This document shows, piece by piece, positions 1-8,022 of a stretch of DNA of 64,000 bases (position 1 is the stretch's first letter; the number at the start of each line of letters is the position of its first letter). Origin of the DNA: Solirubrobacterales bacterium (GTDB taxonomy: Bacteria > Actinomycetota > Thermoleophilia > Solirubrobacterales > 70-9); assembly GCA_040900615.1 (NCBI GenBank), contig JBBDYP010000080.1:20090-84089 (forward strand). Direction: 5' to 3'. The notes beneath the pieces are model-generated. The model was given only the letters and a program-made list of their open reading frames with translations, did no database searches and was not told the origin of the DNA. Both the position numbers and the translations under genes were made by a program.

Positions 1-961
1 CGCCGAGGGATGTCGTCGGCTCGCGGGGGACAGCGGCTTGAGGACCATCCCCCTCTCCGAGAACCATCGCTCCTCTCAGAAGCTCTGCGATGTCGCTGCC
101 AACTTCAGCCGCCGGCAGGCCGACGTCGCGGTCGGCGAGAATCGAGATTGCGCCATCGAGCCCGAGCTCTTCCTTTATCCCCCGGATGACCCGCAGGCCG
201 CCGTCGCGCATTACCGGCATCGCCTGGAGGTCCACGAGATCGAGTGCTCGGAGGCGGCGCTGCTGGCGCGCAGTCACGCGATGCGCGTCCGGCTCGGGGG
301 CCAGCGCGAGCTGGTCGCTGTGAAACCCAAACCTCAGATGGTTGGCGAACTCGCCGCGGCCCTGGCGGCAGGGCGACTTGACCGGGTTCATCTAGGAAGG
401 GCCGAGGCCCTGATCGCCTGGGGCGCTTTCGACCTCAACCCCGCCGAGCTCGACCCGGAGACACGAGAGGAGGTGGCGCGCGCGACCAGGCGCTTCATCG
501 GGGCGCTTCCTGGGTTCGATGGCGATCTCCGCAGTTGGATCATCGCCGCACGTGAGTCCTACGGGGCCGCTCTCGATGCAGTGACTTCGGCACCCGCGCA
601 CAAGCCAGGAAACGCTCTTGCGAGCAGCGCCAGCCACGCTGACTTTGAAGCGGCCGAGGTCTTCGCGCCGCCGCCGGCCGACCTCCTTCCCCAGACGGTT
701 CACGCGCTTAAGGGAGAGGACCGCGAGGCGGTGATGGTCGTCCTCAAGAAGCACCACGGCAACGATCGGTCCGACCAGCTGCAGCTGATCCATTCGGTGC
801 TCGACGGAGAGGAGAGCTCAGAGGTAGACGAAGAGGAGCGGCGTATCGTCTACGTCGCCCTGACCCGCGCCGAACGGTTCTGCCTTCTTGCGCTGCCCGA
901 CGACCCGAAGGGTCGCGCGCTGGCCGCCCGGTGTGAATCGATCGGATTCACCGTGCGCTGA
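1..961 (+). CDS. UvrD/Rep-type superfamily-1 helicase, C-terminal part (5' end lies outside the window; frame open from base 2)
   Basis: The reading frame has no stop back to the window edge. The translation carries SF1 helicase motifs LSENHRSSQKL (motif IV-like), TVHALKGEDREAVMVV (motif V-like) and RIVYVALTRAERF (motif VI). Confidence 0.75.
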   Translation, partial: AEGCRRLAGDSGLRTIPLSENHRSSQKLCDVAANFSRRQADVAVGENRDCAIEPELFLYPPDDPQAAVAHYRHRLEVHEIECSEAALLARSHAMRVRLGGQRELVAVKPKPQMVGELAAALAAGRLDRVHLGRAEALIAWGAFDLNPAELDPETREEVARATRRFIGALPGFDGDLRSWIIAARESYGAALDAVTSAPAHKPGNALASSASHADFEAAEVFAPPPADLLPQTVHALKGEDREAVMVVLKKHHGNDRSDQLQLIHSVLDGEESSEVDEEERRIVYVALTRAERFCLLALPDDPKGRALAARCESIGFTVR

Positions 962-2204
962 GCGCCGCCGTCGGTGTGGTCTCCTGGAGGAGCCCCACGT
1001 CCGCTCGCGATCGCCTCAGGCAAGTCACTGGCAACGCGGAGGCACCTAGCTGCCAGCGTGCTGGAGACGACTCTTTGAAACAGCCGGCGCGAAGTGCAAT
1101 CTCAACGAAGGCTTCACTCTCTTTGATCTGGGCTCGGGGCAGCGCCTCCGTCAGCTCGGCCGCTGACATTTGGCCGTGCGGCGCGCGTGCCAGGTGGTGC
1201 ATCGCCAGGCGGGTCCACGCCGCACCGCGATTGCTCGCCGCCAACTGCTCCGGGCCGGGCACGTCGGGGGTCATGCGCGCGAAATCTGAGTAGGCGGCCT
1301 GGTACCTCGAGTAGGCATAAATGAGGCCGAAGCCGAACTCAACGGCAGCGTCACCGATCTTCTGCCTCGTAGCGGTTGAGGGTGGCCGCGCCCAGAGCAC
1401 CCCGGCAAGGCCGATCCCAAGTGCCGCCAGCACCCAGGGCGAGAAGCGATCAGCGATCCGCCGTGCGCCGGCGAGCAGGCCAGCGCCAGCGGCCATCGGA
1501 AGCGCCCCGGCCGAAAAGATCAGTTTCCCCAGCTGGCCGACGTCCCCACCGGCCATCAGGCATTGGAGCCATGCGTGATGAACGCTGCGGTCGACCTCCT
1601 CGCCGTAGACGGCGCGCAGGGCTGGTCCGTCCTCGCTCAGGTAGAAGGCCTCGATGGCGAGCGCCAGGGTCACTGACGGGATGTCGTCGGGGTCAGCCTG
1701 CTCCAGCGTCCGCACCCGCGCGACCTCGGCCGCGTCGAGCAGGTGTCGTGGAAGATCACGGTCCTCGATGACGCGGATCAGCGGCAGGTATTCCGAGCGC
1801 CACCGTGCCTTGAGCTGGTCAGGGGTGACTCCATCCGATTCCAGCGCCCATAGCTCGGCGTACTCGACCAGCTCATCGAGAACATGCGACGCAGCGAACA
1901 GGCGGATCGCCCCGGAGTTGGCCGCCGTGACCAGGACAGTGCGGCGGTCGTTTTCGCAGGCGTAGCGAAGGTCGTTGCGAAGGACGTTTGCATCGACGAC
2001 CACCGGCGGGACTCTTTGATCAAGGGGCCCTGGGCGCCAGGCCGAAGGGAAGGCACCGTACTCATCCGGACCGTTGATCGGCTCAGTCGCCGCATGCACG
2101 TGGCTGGCTCTCAGCACTCGCTCGACGGCCAGCATCACTCGCTGCTCGCCAGGCGACGGAGTGGAGCCAGCGAAGTAAGTCTGTGGTCTTGGGTGCACTG
2201 CCAT
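948..2204 (-). CDS. PIN-like domain protein with central hydrophobic segments and a C-terminal helical domain
   Basis: ORF 948..2339; the ATG at 2204 (MAVHPRPQ) is preferred because it removes the overlap with the upstream gene. VVVDANVL, SHVLDEL and DPDDIPSVTLALAIEAFYLSEDG resemble the PIN acidic-residue pattern. GALPMAAGAGLLAG and VLAALGIGLAGVLW are TM-like stretches. Confidence 0.5.
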   Translation of the reverse strand: MAVHPRPQTYFAGSTPSPGEQRVMLAVERVLRASHVHAATEPINGPDEYGAFPSAWRPGPLDQRVPPVVVDANVLRNDLRYACENDRRTVLVTAANSGAIRLFAASHVLDELVEYAELWALESDGVTPDQLKARWRSEYLPLIRVIEDRDLPRHLLDAAEVARVRTLEQADPDDIPSVTLALAIEAFYLSEDGPALRAVYGEEVDRSVHHAWLQCLMAGGDVGQLGKLIFSAGALPMAAGAGLLAGARRIADRFSPWVLAALGIGLAGVLWARPPSTATRQKIGDAAVEFGFGLIYAYSRYQAAYSDFARMTPDVPGPEQLAASNRGAAWTRLAMHHLARAPHGQMSAAELTEALPRAQIKESEAFVEIALRAGCFKESSPARWQLGASALPVTCLRRSRADVGLLQETTPTAALSAR

Positions 2205-2316
2205 GGATACCCAACGATTGCAGTTGGCCAAGACTGACGGGAGGCGGTCGCAGCTCTCGCGATGCGCTTGAGCCGGCCCGCTGGCATCACTCGATGGACG
2301 CTCGATGTGGGTAGCG

Positions 2317-3327
2317 TCAGCCCCCCGCCTCCGGACCACCCGAGCCAGTCAGATCGAGCAGCGCGGGATTGTCGGTCTCTTTTGCGAGAGCAGGCAGGGC
2401 AAGACCGGGTCGGATTCGATACCAGCTCCTCCAGAAAAGGCCGGCAACTCCTGGCGCCTGCCGGCGGGCCACGAGCTTTTGTAATGCGGCGCCCTCCCAC
2501 GCTCGCACGAGCGGGAGCTCGACGACGGGGCGGTCCAAGTTCGTGCCGGTCGGCTCACCCTCGGCGCTCCATTCCCAGACGAGCTGCAGCGCATGGTAAG
2601 CCCAGTGACTGCGCACGATGGTCGCCTTGTGCTCGTCGCGCGTGACCTCGCCGGTGATTGGGCCGAGGAACAGGTTTCCCGAGGTTCCGTGCGGAGTCGG
2701 GTTCTCTTTCAACAGTTGATTGATCGCGCCGAAGACGGCGTCGAGCTCGAAGGAGAGCACGAGGCCGGGCGGAAACTCGCCGCCGTCGAGGTAGCACGCA
2801 AACGAGCTCGGCACCTCGAAGCCGCAATCGGCGATCCGACAGCCGATGTGCTTGACGAAGTAGCGACAAACCTTCTCTGCGAGGCTTGCCCAGTCGGAGT
2901 CGATCTCCTCGAGCGGGAGTAGGCGGGAGGTTTCGACAGCGTCCTCGCTTTCGGCGAACCAGCCCACCAGGCGGTCGTAGGCCCGATCGAAGGGCTGGCT
3001 GCGGGCGTTATTGCAGCTGGCGCAGAAGACATCCTTGAATTTCACGGCACCGGCCTTCGGTCCTGCGACGGTTGTGGTCCGGTCGCCGCGACGGACGATC
3101 ACTTCGCCCTCGTTGTACTCCTCCCTGGAGAACTCGCGGCGCAGGTCGGTTGCCTTATATCGATGCTCTCGCGACCCTGCCGCCCCTTCACACCACCAGC
3201 AGGTGCCGGCGTGGTCGTGGCGACAGAGTGGAGGCGTGCTCGCTGCGGGCACGATCAACACTGTAAGTCCTGGGTGAATTGAGTTTGAGAATGTCGAGGA
3301 GCGGCATGGGCAAAGCGCCGGTTGCAT
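2317..3327 (-). CDS. hypothetical protein with an HNH-like zinc-finger nuclease signature (CxxC .. EH .. CxxCN)
   Basis: ORF 2317..3399; the ATG at 3327 or a GTG/TTG slightly downstream are plausible starts. Motifs CWWCEGAAGSREH and CASCNNARS are present. The roughly 230-aa C-terminal region has no motif I recognise. Confidence 0.4.
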   Translation of the reverse strand: MQPALCPCRSSTFSNSIHPGLTVLIVPAASTPPLCRHDHAGTCWWCEGAAGSREHRYKATDLRREFSREEYNEGEVIVRRGDRTTTVAGPKAGAVKFKDVFCASCNNARSQPFDRAYDRLVGWFAESEDAVETSRLLPLEEIDSDWASLAEKVCRYFVKHIGCRIADCGFEVPSSFACYLDGGEFPPGLVLSFELDAVFGAINQLLKENPTPHGTSGNLFLGPITGEVTRDEHKATIVRSHWAYHALQLVWEWSAEGEPTGTNLDRPVVELPLVRAWEGAALQKLVARRQAPGVAGLFWRSWYRIRPGLALPALAKETDNPALLDLTGSGGPEAGG

Positions 3328-3344
3328 GGATTCGGCGTGTTGGT

Positions 3345-3365
3345 CAGAATCGCGCGTACATTCTG
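3345..3365. promoter_or_regulatory. inverted repeat CAGAAT-N9-ATTCTG in the divergent intergenic region between the HNH-like gene and the 431-aa gene
   Basis: Read directly: cagaat (3345-3350) and attctg (3360-3365), in a comparatively AT-rich spacer. Confidence 0.3.
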
Positions 3366-3426
3366 CGTTGGTGAGGAGCCGCGCACCGGGAGAGCGCATA
3401 GCAACCGGGGAAGGGGTGCGTTATAG

Positions 3427-4722
3427 ATGAACATCGCCTTGCTCCACTTGCGCCTTAATGCTCAATACGAGGCGCTCGAGTACGGAGGCACCTTCACCGC
3501 CGTCTTGCCTGCCGGCGGAAGGAGTTGGGGGCAGCGGCGGCCGACCCTTCTCCTCTCGGGTGGGGAGATCGTCGAGCTGGGCCATGTCAGGGCCGAGGGC
3601 AAACGTATCGCCACCGGCATGCGGCGGATGCGCTACGAGCGCCTCCTCGCGCTCGACCCCGAGATCTCGGTCGCCGAGGTCGTGAGCAATCTGAGCTCCT
3701 CCATCCGACACCATTTCGAAGCCCGGCTAGGCGAAGACGTTGTTTTACCCGAGCGCACCAGCGCCGCCGTGGTCGAGGCCCTGGAGTCGCTCAGCGATGA
3801 GGTGGCTGAGGTCAGCGCTGACTTCCTGCGCCCGGTAGTGAGGCGAGTGCGGAGACTTGATGGGGCAGCGCTTCAGGCGACCGCCCAGGAGGCCGACGCG
3901 GTCCGCCTTGCACTCGACATCGCCGGCATCCCAAGACAGGAGCTGCACGGCACGCGCCCGGACGGCGAGACCCCCTATGTCCAGGCTCTCTCCGAAGTGC
4001 GGGTCTTTGAGGATCAGGCGATCGACTACGACGCCGGGAGGTTCCTGGACTTCGAGCGGATTGAGCGCCCCAACGGGATGGTTCATTTCTCCCGCGGCGC
4101 GGAGCGCCTAACCGTCCTCAACGTCAACCGCCGCCCACTTGAGCGGCTGACCGGCGCCGATCTGATCTACCACAACGAGACCCACGACAGTTTCGTCCTT
4201 GTCCAGTACAAGACGATGACTCGCGAGGGTGATCTCGGCGATACGCGCCTTGTCTATCGACCGGACTCCGACCGGAATCTCGCCGGCGAGCTAGAGCGGA
4301 TGCGTGCGCTTGCTGAGGTCCCCGGCGATGGCAGCGCGGAGCAGTGGCGGCTGAACCCGGGCTTCTGCTTCATCAAGCTCTGCCGGCCGGTTCTCAATCT
4401 CGACTACCCCGAGCGGGAGCTAGTCGGAGGCATGTATCTGCCGCTTTCCTATTGGGACCTACTCGTCGCCTCGCCTGTCACCGTAGGCCCGCGAGGCGGC
4501 AGCGTGCTGAGCTACGAGACGGTCACGCGCCGCTTCGACAACTCTCTGTTCGTCCAGCTAGTTCGCGGCAGCTGGCTCGGCTCACGGGCGGAGACGACCG
4601 AGACGATCACTGATTTGGTCCTTCAGGGACTCGACGCCAACCGCTCGGTGACCGTCGCCTCGGCGTGGAGCGTCGCGCCGACGCAGGGCGAGCCGCAAGA
4701 GGAAGTGGCTCGGGGTCAATGA
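3427..4722 (+). CDS. hypothetical 431-aa protein; possible Mrr/PD-(D/E)xK-type nuclease core
   Basis: The ATG at 3427 is preceded by GGGGAAGGGG. Amino-acid composition is coherent and non-repetitive. GADLIYHNETHDSFVLVQYK fits a D-x(n)-QxK restriction-endonuclease-fold pattern. Confidence 0.5.
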   Translation: MNIALLHLRLNAQYEALEYGGTFTAVLPAGGRSWGQRRPTLLLSGGEIVELGHVRAEGKRIATGMRRMRYERLLALDPEISVAEVVSNLSSSIRHHFEARLGEDVVLPERTSAAVVEALESLSDEVAEVSADFLRPVVRRVRRLDGAALQATAQEADAVRLALDIAGIPRQELHGTRPDGETPYVQALSEVRVFEDQAIDYDAGRFLDFERIERPNGMVHFSRGAERLTVLNVNRRPLERLTGADLIYHNETHDSFVLVQYKTMTREGDLGDTRLVYRPDSDRNLAGELERMRALAEVPGDGSAEQWRLNPGFCFIKLCRPVLNLDYPERELVGGMYLPLSYWDLLVASPVTVGPRGGSVLSYETVTRRFDNSLFVQLVRGSWLGSRAETTETITDLVLQGLDANRSVTVASAWSVAPTQGEPQEEVARGQ

Positions 4723-4871
4723 TCCGGAGCCACAATCCACCAGAATCGCCCGGCATCCACAGGAATCTCTCCGCTTTCGCGGGAGCTGCTACGCTTGGGT
4801 AGTGAGCGCATTTTTCCCATTTTAGAGCGCTTTTCCAGCGCCTGGAACCCCGGAATCACAACACTCCGACC

Positions 4872-4918
4872 GACGACTGAAAATCGTGGTGTCGTGGGTT
4901 CGATTCCCACCCTCGCCA
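4872..4918 (+). tRNA. orphan 3' half of a tRNA-Phe(GAA) gene (not a complete tRNA); putative att remnant
   Basis: Anticodon loop CTGAAAA (GAA at 4879-4881), variable region GTGTC, T arm GTGGG-TTCGATT-CCCAC, 3' acceptor CCTCGCC plus discriminator A. No complementary GGCGAGG and no D arm occur upstream. Confidence 0.6.
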
Positions 4919-4973
4919 TCGCCGCTCCCGGGCCCCGCGGGCACCGGAAGCTCAGGCTGACACGCCGGCCGTC

Positions 4974-5531
4974 TTACACACGCCGGTAGCGAACGTAGAC
5001 CACGCGAGAGCCAAACGTCCGTGTCTCGACCAGCTCCAGGGTGATCCTCTCGTCCAGGGCCGGGAAGTAAGGCGTGCCTCCGCCCAGGACGACCGGGCTG
5101 ACGAAGAGCCGGTACTCGTCGATGAGGCCCAGGCTGATGAAGGTGGAGGCCAGGCCAGCGCCGCCGACGGCCAGGTCCTTTCCTGGCTGTTCCTTCAGCT
5201 TGGCGAGCTCTTCGGCAACGCCGCCCCTGACCAGCCTGGCATTGCCCTCGACCTTCTCGAGGGTCTTCGAGAACACGATCTTCGGCAAGTTCTTCCAGAT
5301 GCGGGCGAACTCGAGCTCGTGCTCCGCGGCCGACGGGTTCTCCTCAGCGGTCTCCCAGTACGCCATCTCCTCGTAAAGCCGCCGTCCGCAGAGGTGCGCG
5401 CCGATCTCCCGCGTCTGCTGGTTATGGAACCGATGCAGCTCCTCGTCCGGCGCCGACCAGTCGATCTCGCCGCCCGGCCCAGCGATGAAGCCATCCAGCG
5501 ACACTCCCATCGAGTAGATCAGCTTGCGCAT
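4974..5531 (-). CDS. dihydrofolate reductase family protein (RibD C-terminal domain type)
   Basis: MRKLIYSMGVSLDGFIAGPGGEIDW ... LFVSPVVLGGGTPYF is typical of this family. The strong RBS AAGGAGGA lies 5 nt upstream of the ATG at 5531. Confidence 0.85.
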   Translation of the reverse strand: MRKLIYSMGVSLDGFIAGPGGEIDWSAPDEELHRFHNQQTREIGAHLCGRRLYEEMAYWETAEENPSAAEHELEFARIWKNLPKIVFSKTLEKVEGNARLVRGGVAEELAKLKEQPGKDLAVGGAGLASTFISLGLIDEYRLFVSPVVLGGGTPYFPALDERITLELVETRTFGSRVVYVRYRRV

Positions 5532-5695
5532 CACGGTCCTCCTTGGTTGGCGCCCATTCTTCCGTGATCTCCGCGATGCGGGTTTCCCGGTCCGGGACCG
5601 CGGCGCATCACCGATGGCGCCTCAGCTCCAGACGCCTAGCCTGGCATTGCCGACTGCGCGAGAGAAGCGCTTTCCCGCCGAGGAGGAACAGGGTC

Positions 5696-7066
5696 ATGAG
5701 CGCGCCGAGTCGTCAATCGATGCCAGCCGCGGACGCGGCCTGGCTGCACATGGATCGTTCGACCAACCCGATGGTGGTGAACGGGCTGGTGACGCTCGGA
5801 GAGACGCCGGCGGTCGAAGCGGTGGCCGAGGTGATCGAGGAGCGGTTGGTGGGGCGGTATCCCCGCTTCGGGCAGCGCGTTGTCGATCAACTCGGCCGCG
5901 CCCCTGCGTTCGAGGACGATCCGTTCTTCGATCTCAGGAACCACCTGCACCGGCGGATGCTGCCGGCGCCCGGGGACCAGGGGGCGCTGGAGGCGATGGT
6001 CAGCGACCTGATCACCTCGCCGCTCGATCCCGGCAAGCCCCTCTGGCACGCCTTCTTGATCGAGGGGTACGACGGCGGCTCGGCGATGCTCTGGCGCATC
6101 CACCACTGCATCGCCGACGGGATCGCGCTCGCGCAGGTGATGCTGTCGATCACGGACCGGCCTGAGTCGGGCCGGCAGCGAGCGGCGCCGGCCCCGCCTG
6201 AGCACGGCATCCTCGCCCGGGCCACGGCGGCGCCCGGCGAGGCCGCCTCCGCGGCCCGGGCGCTCGCCGGCGCCGCGGTCCACGAGGGCGCGGAGTCGCT
6301 CGCCCACCCCCGGCATCTGCGCGAGCTCGCCGGCGCCGCCCTCCGCGACGTCTCCACGGCGGCGAAGCTCCTCGCCTCCCCCGCGGACGCGCCCAGCACG
6401 CTGCGCCGGCCGCTCTCGGGCGCGCGGCGGGTGGCGTGGTCGGCGCCCTTCCCGCTGGACCGGGTCAAGGACGCCTGCCACCGGCGCCGCGTCACCGTCA
6501 ACGACATGCTGCTGAGCGCCCTCGCCGCCACCCTCGCCGAGAGCCTGAGGGGGGACGGCCTGCCGCGGGAGGAGATCCACGCGATGGTCCCGGTCAACCT
6601 GCGCCCGCTCGATCGGCCGGTCCCCGCCGACCTCGGCAACGACTTCGCCCTGATCCTGCTGGAGCTGCCGGTCGGCGACCTGCGGCCCGCCGAGCGCCTG
6701 CGCCAGGTGAACAGCCGCATGAACGCGATCAAGGACTCGCACGAGGCGCCGATCTCCTTCGGCCTCCTCAACGCGATCGGGATGACGCCGCCCTGGGTCG
6801 AGGACCGTCTGATCGGCTTCTTCACCGACAAGGCGAGCCTGGTCGTCACCAACGTCCCCGGCCCCAGCGAGCAGCTGAGCTTTGCCGGCGCCCCGGTCAC
6901 CGGCGTCCTCGTCTGGGCCCCCTGCTCGGGCAGCATCGGAATGACCGTCAGCATCTTCAGCTACGCCGGCGAGGTCACCGTCGGCTTCATGGCCGACACC
7001 GCCCTCGTCCCGGACCCCGAGCCGCTGGCGCGCAGCTACGAGGCCGAGCTGGAGCGACTCTGCTGA
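5696..7066 (+). CDS. wax ester synthase/diacylglycerol acyltransferase (WS/DGAT) family protein
   Basis: HHCIADG (HHxxxDG active-site motif) and the C-terminal TNVPGP motif are present. The ATG at 5696 is preceded by AGGAGGA. Confidence 0.85.
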   Translation: MSAPSRQSMPAADAAWLHMDRSTNPMVVNGLVTLGETPAVEAVAEVIEERLVGRYPRFGQRVVDQLGRAPAFEDDPFFDLRNHLHRRMLPAPGDQGALEAMVSDLITSPLDPGKPLWHAFLIEGYDGGSAMLWRIHHCIADGIALAQVMLSITDRPESGRQRAAPAPPEHGILARATAAPGEAASAARALAGAAVHEGAESLAHPRHLRELAGAALRDVSTAAKLLASPADAPSTLRRPLSGARRVAWSAPFPLDRVKDACHRRRVTVNDMLLSALAATLAESLRGDGLPREEIHAMVPVNLRPLDRPVPADLGNDFALILLELPVGDLRPAERLRQVNSRMNAIKDSHEAPISFGLLNAIGMTPPWVEDRLIGFFTDKASLVVTNVPGPSEQLSFAGAPVTGVLVWAPCSGSIGMTVSIFSYAGEVTVGFMADTALVPDPEPLARSYEAELERLC

Positions 7067-7965
7067 TCTACTCCCCGGCGGAAGCGCGCAACGGTCACCG
7101 AGACGAGGTCGGTGTGCTCGCCGGCGAGCGCGGTGAGGTCGGGATCGTGGTGGGCGCTGGGCCCCATCAGGGCGAGGCGGCGGGCGTCATCCTCGGAGAG
7201 GGCGATCTCGTACTCGACGGTGGCGGCGCCGGCGAGGTCGAACCACGGCTCGAGGCGCTCCGTGAGGCGGTCCAGCTTGTCCTCCTGAATGCCGATCAGG
7301 GTCAGCCGCTCGCGCAGGCGCTCGAGATGGCGGGGACCGGCGAGGGCGACGACCAGCCCACCGCCGGGCCGGGTGACGCGGCCGAGCTCGGGACCGGGCC
7401 TCGGGGCGAAGGCCGAGAGCACCAGGTCGGCGGCTGAGTCGCGGAGGGGGATCGCCTCTTCGACATCCGCGACGACGAAGCGGAGGTCGGGGTGGCGCCG
7501 GGCCGCGTGCGCGGCCGCCGCCTTGGAGAGGTCGAAGCCGAAGCCGCACCCGGGCCCTGAGCCACGCTCGCGCAGGGCGCGGACCACCGCGTCGAGGTAG
7601 TAGCCGGTTCCGGAGCCGACCTCGGCGACGACTGTCGCTCGGGCGGTGGCCTCGGCGGCTCCCGCCGCCGCCTCTCCCGCCGCCTCCTCGGGTCCGCACA
7701 CCGCCTCGACCGCCGCCGCCCGAACCGCCGCGGCGATCGGCTCGTAATGGCCCGTCGCCAGGAACTCCGCCCGCGCCCGCACCATCTCCGCCGTGTCGCC
7801 GACCCGTCCGCGACCGCCGCTCCTCCGCGTCAGGTTGAGATACCCCGACCGCGCGTAGTCGAAGGAGTGGCCCTCGGGGCAGCGAGCGCTGCCGCCGGCG
7901 TCGGCGAGCGGACTTGCGCACACCGGGCACGACAGAAGTGTGGTGCAGGGCTCGCGGTTATCCAC
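7036..7965 (-). CDS. RlmA-type 23S rRNA (guanine-N1)-methyltransferase-like protein
   Basis: N-terminal zinc ribbon CPVCASPL..CPEGHSFDYARSGYLNL, then SAM motif VAEVGSGTGYY. The GTG at 7965 is chosen as start; the ORF extends to 8526 only as an off-frame shadow. Confidence 0.75.
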   Translation of the reverse strand: MDNREPCTTLLSCPVCASPLADAGGSARCPEGHSFDYARSGYLNLTRRSGGRGRVGDTAEMVRARAEFLATGHYEPIAAAVRAAAVEAVCGPEEAAGEAAAGAAEATARATVVAEVGSGTGYYLDAVVRALRERGSGPGCGFGFDLSKAAAAHAARRHPDLRFVVADVEEAIPLRDSAADLVLSAFAPRPGPELGRVTRPGGGLVVALAGPRHLERLRERLTLIGIQEDKLDRLTERLEPWFDLAGAATVEYEIALSEDDARRLALMGPSAHHDPDLTALAGEHTDLVSVTVARFRRGVDQQSRSSSAS

Positions 7966-8022
7966 TCGGGGGTCGCCGACTCGACCTCGGTCCTCGGCCG
8001 CACCATACTTCCACCCAGGACC

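Larger units (their letters stand above)
1..4918. mobile_element. right-hand portion of a putative tRNA-Phe-targeted integrated genomic island (left end outside the window)
   Basis: A partial tRNA 3' half sits at the junction. Gene content is nuclease/helicase. GC is visibly lower, with AT-rich intergenic stretches, compared with the flanking housekeeping genes. Confidence 0.4.

Noticed and set aside
4840-4918. A complete tRNA gene (suggested by the GIEPTT-type antisense translation)
   Set aside because: The T arm, variable region, anticodon arm and 3' acceptor are present. No 5' acceptor strand complementary to CCTCGCC and no D arm can be found upstream, so only a 3' half is called.
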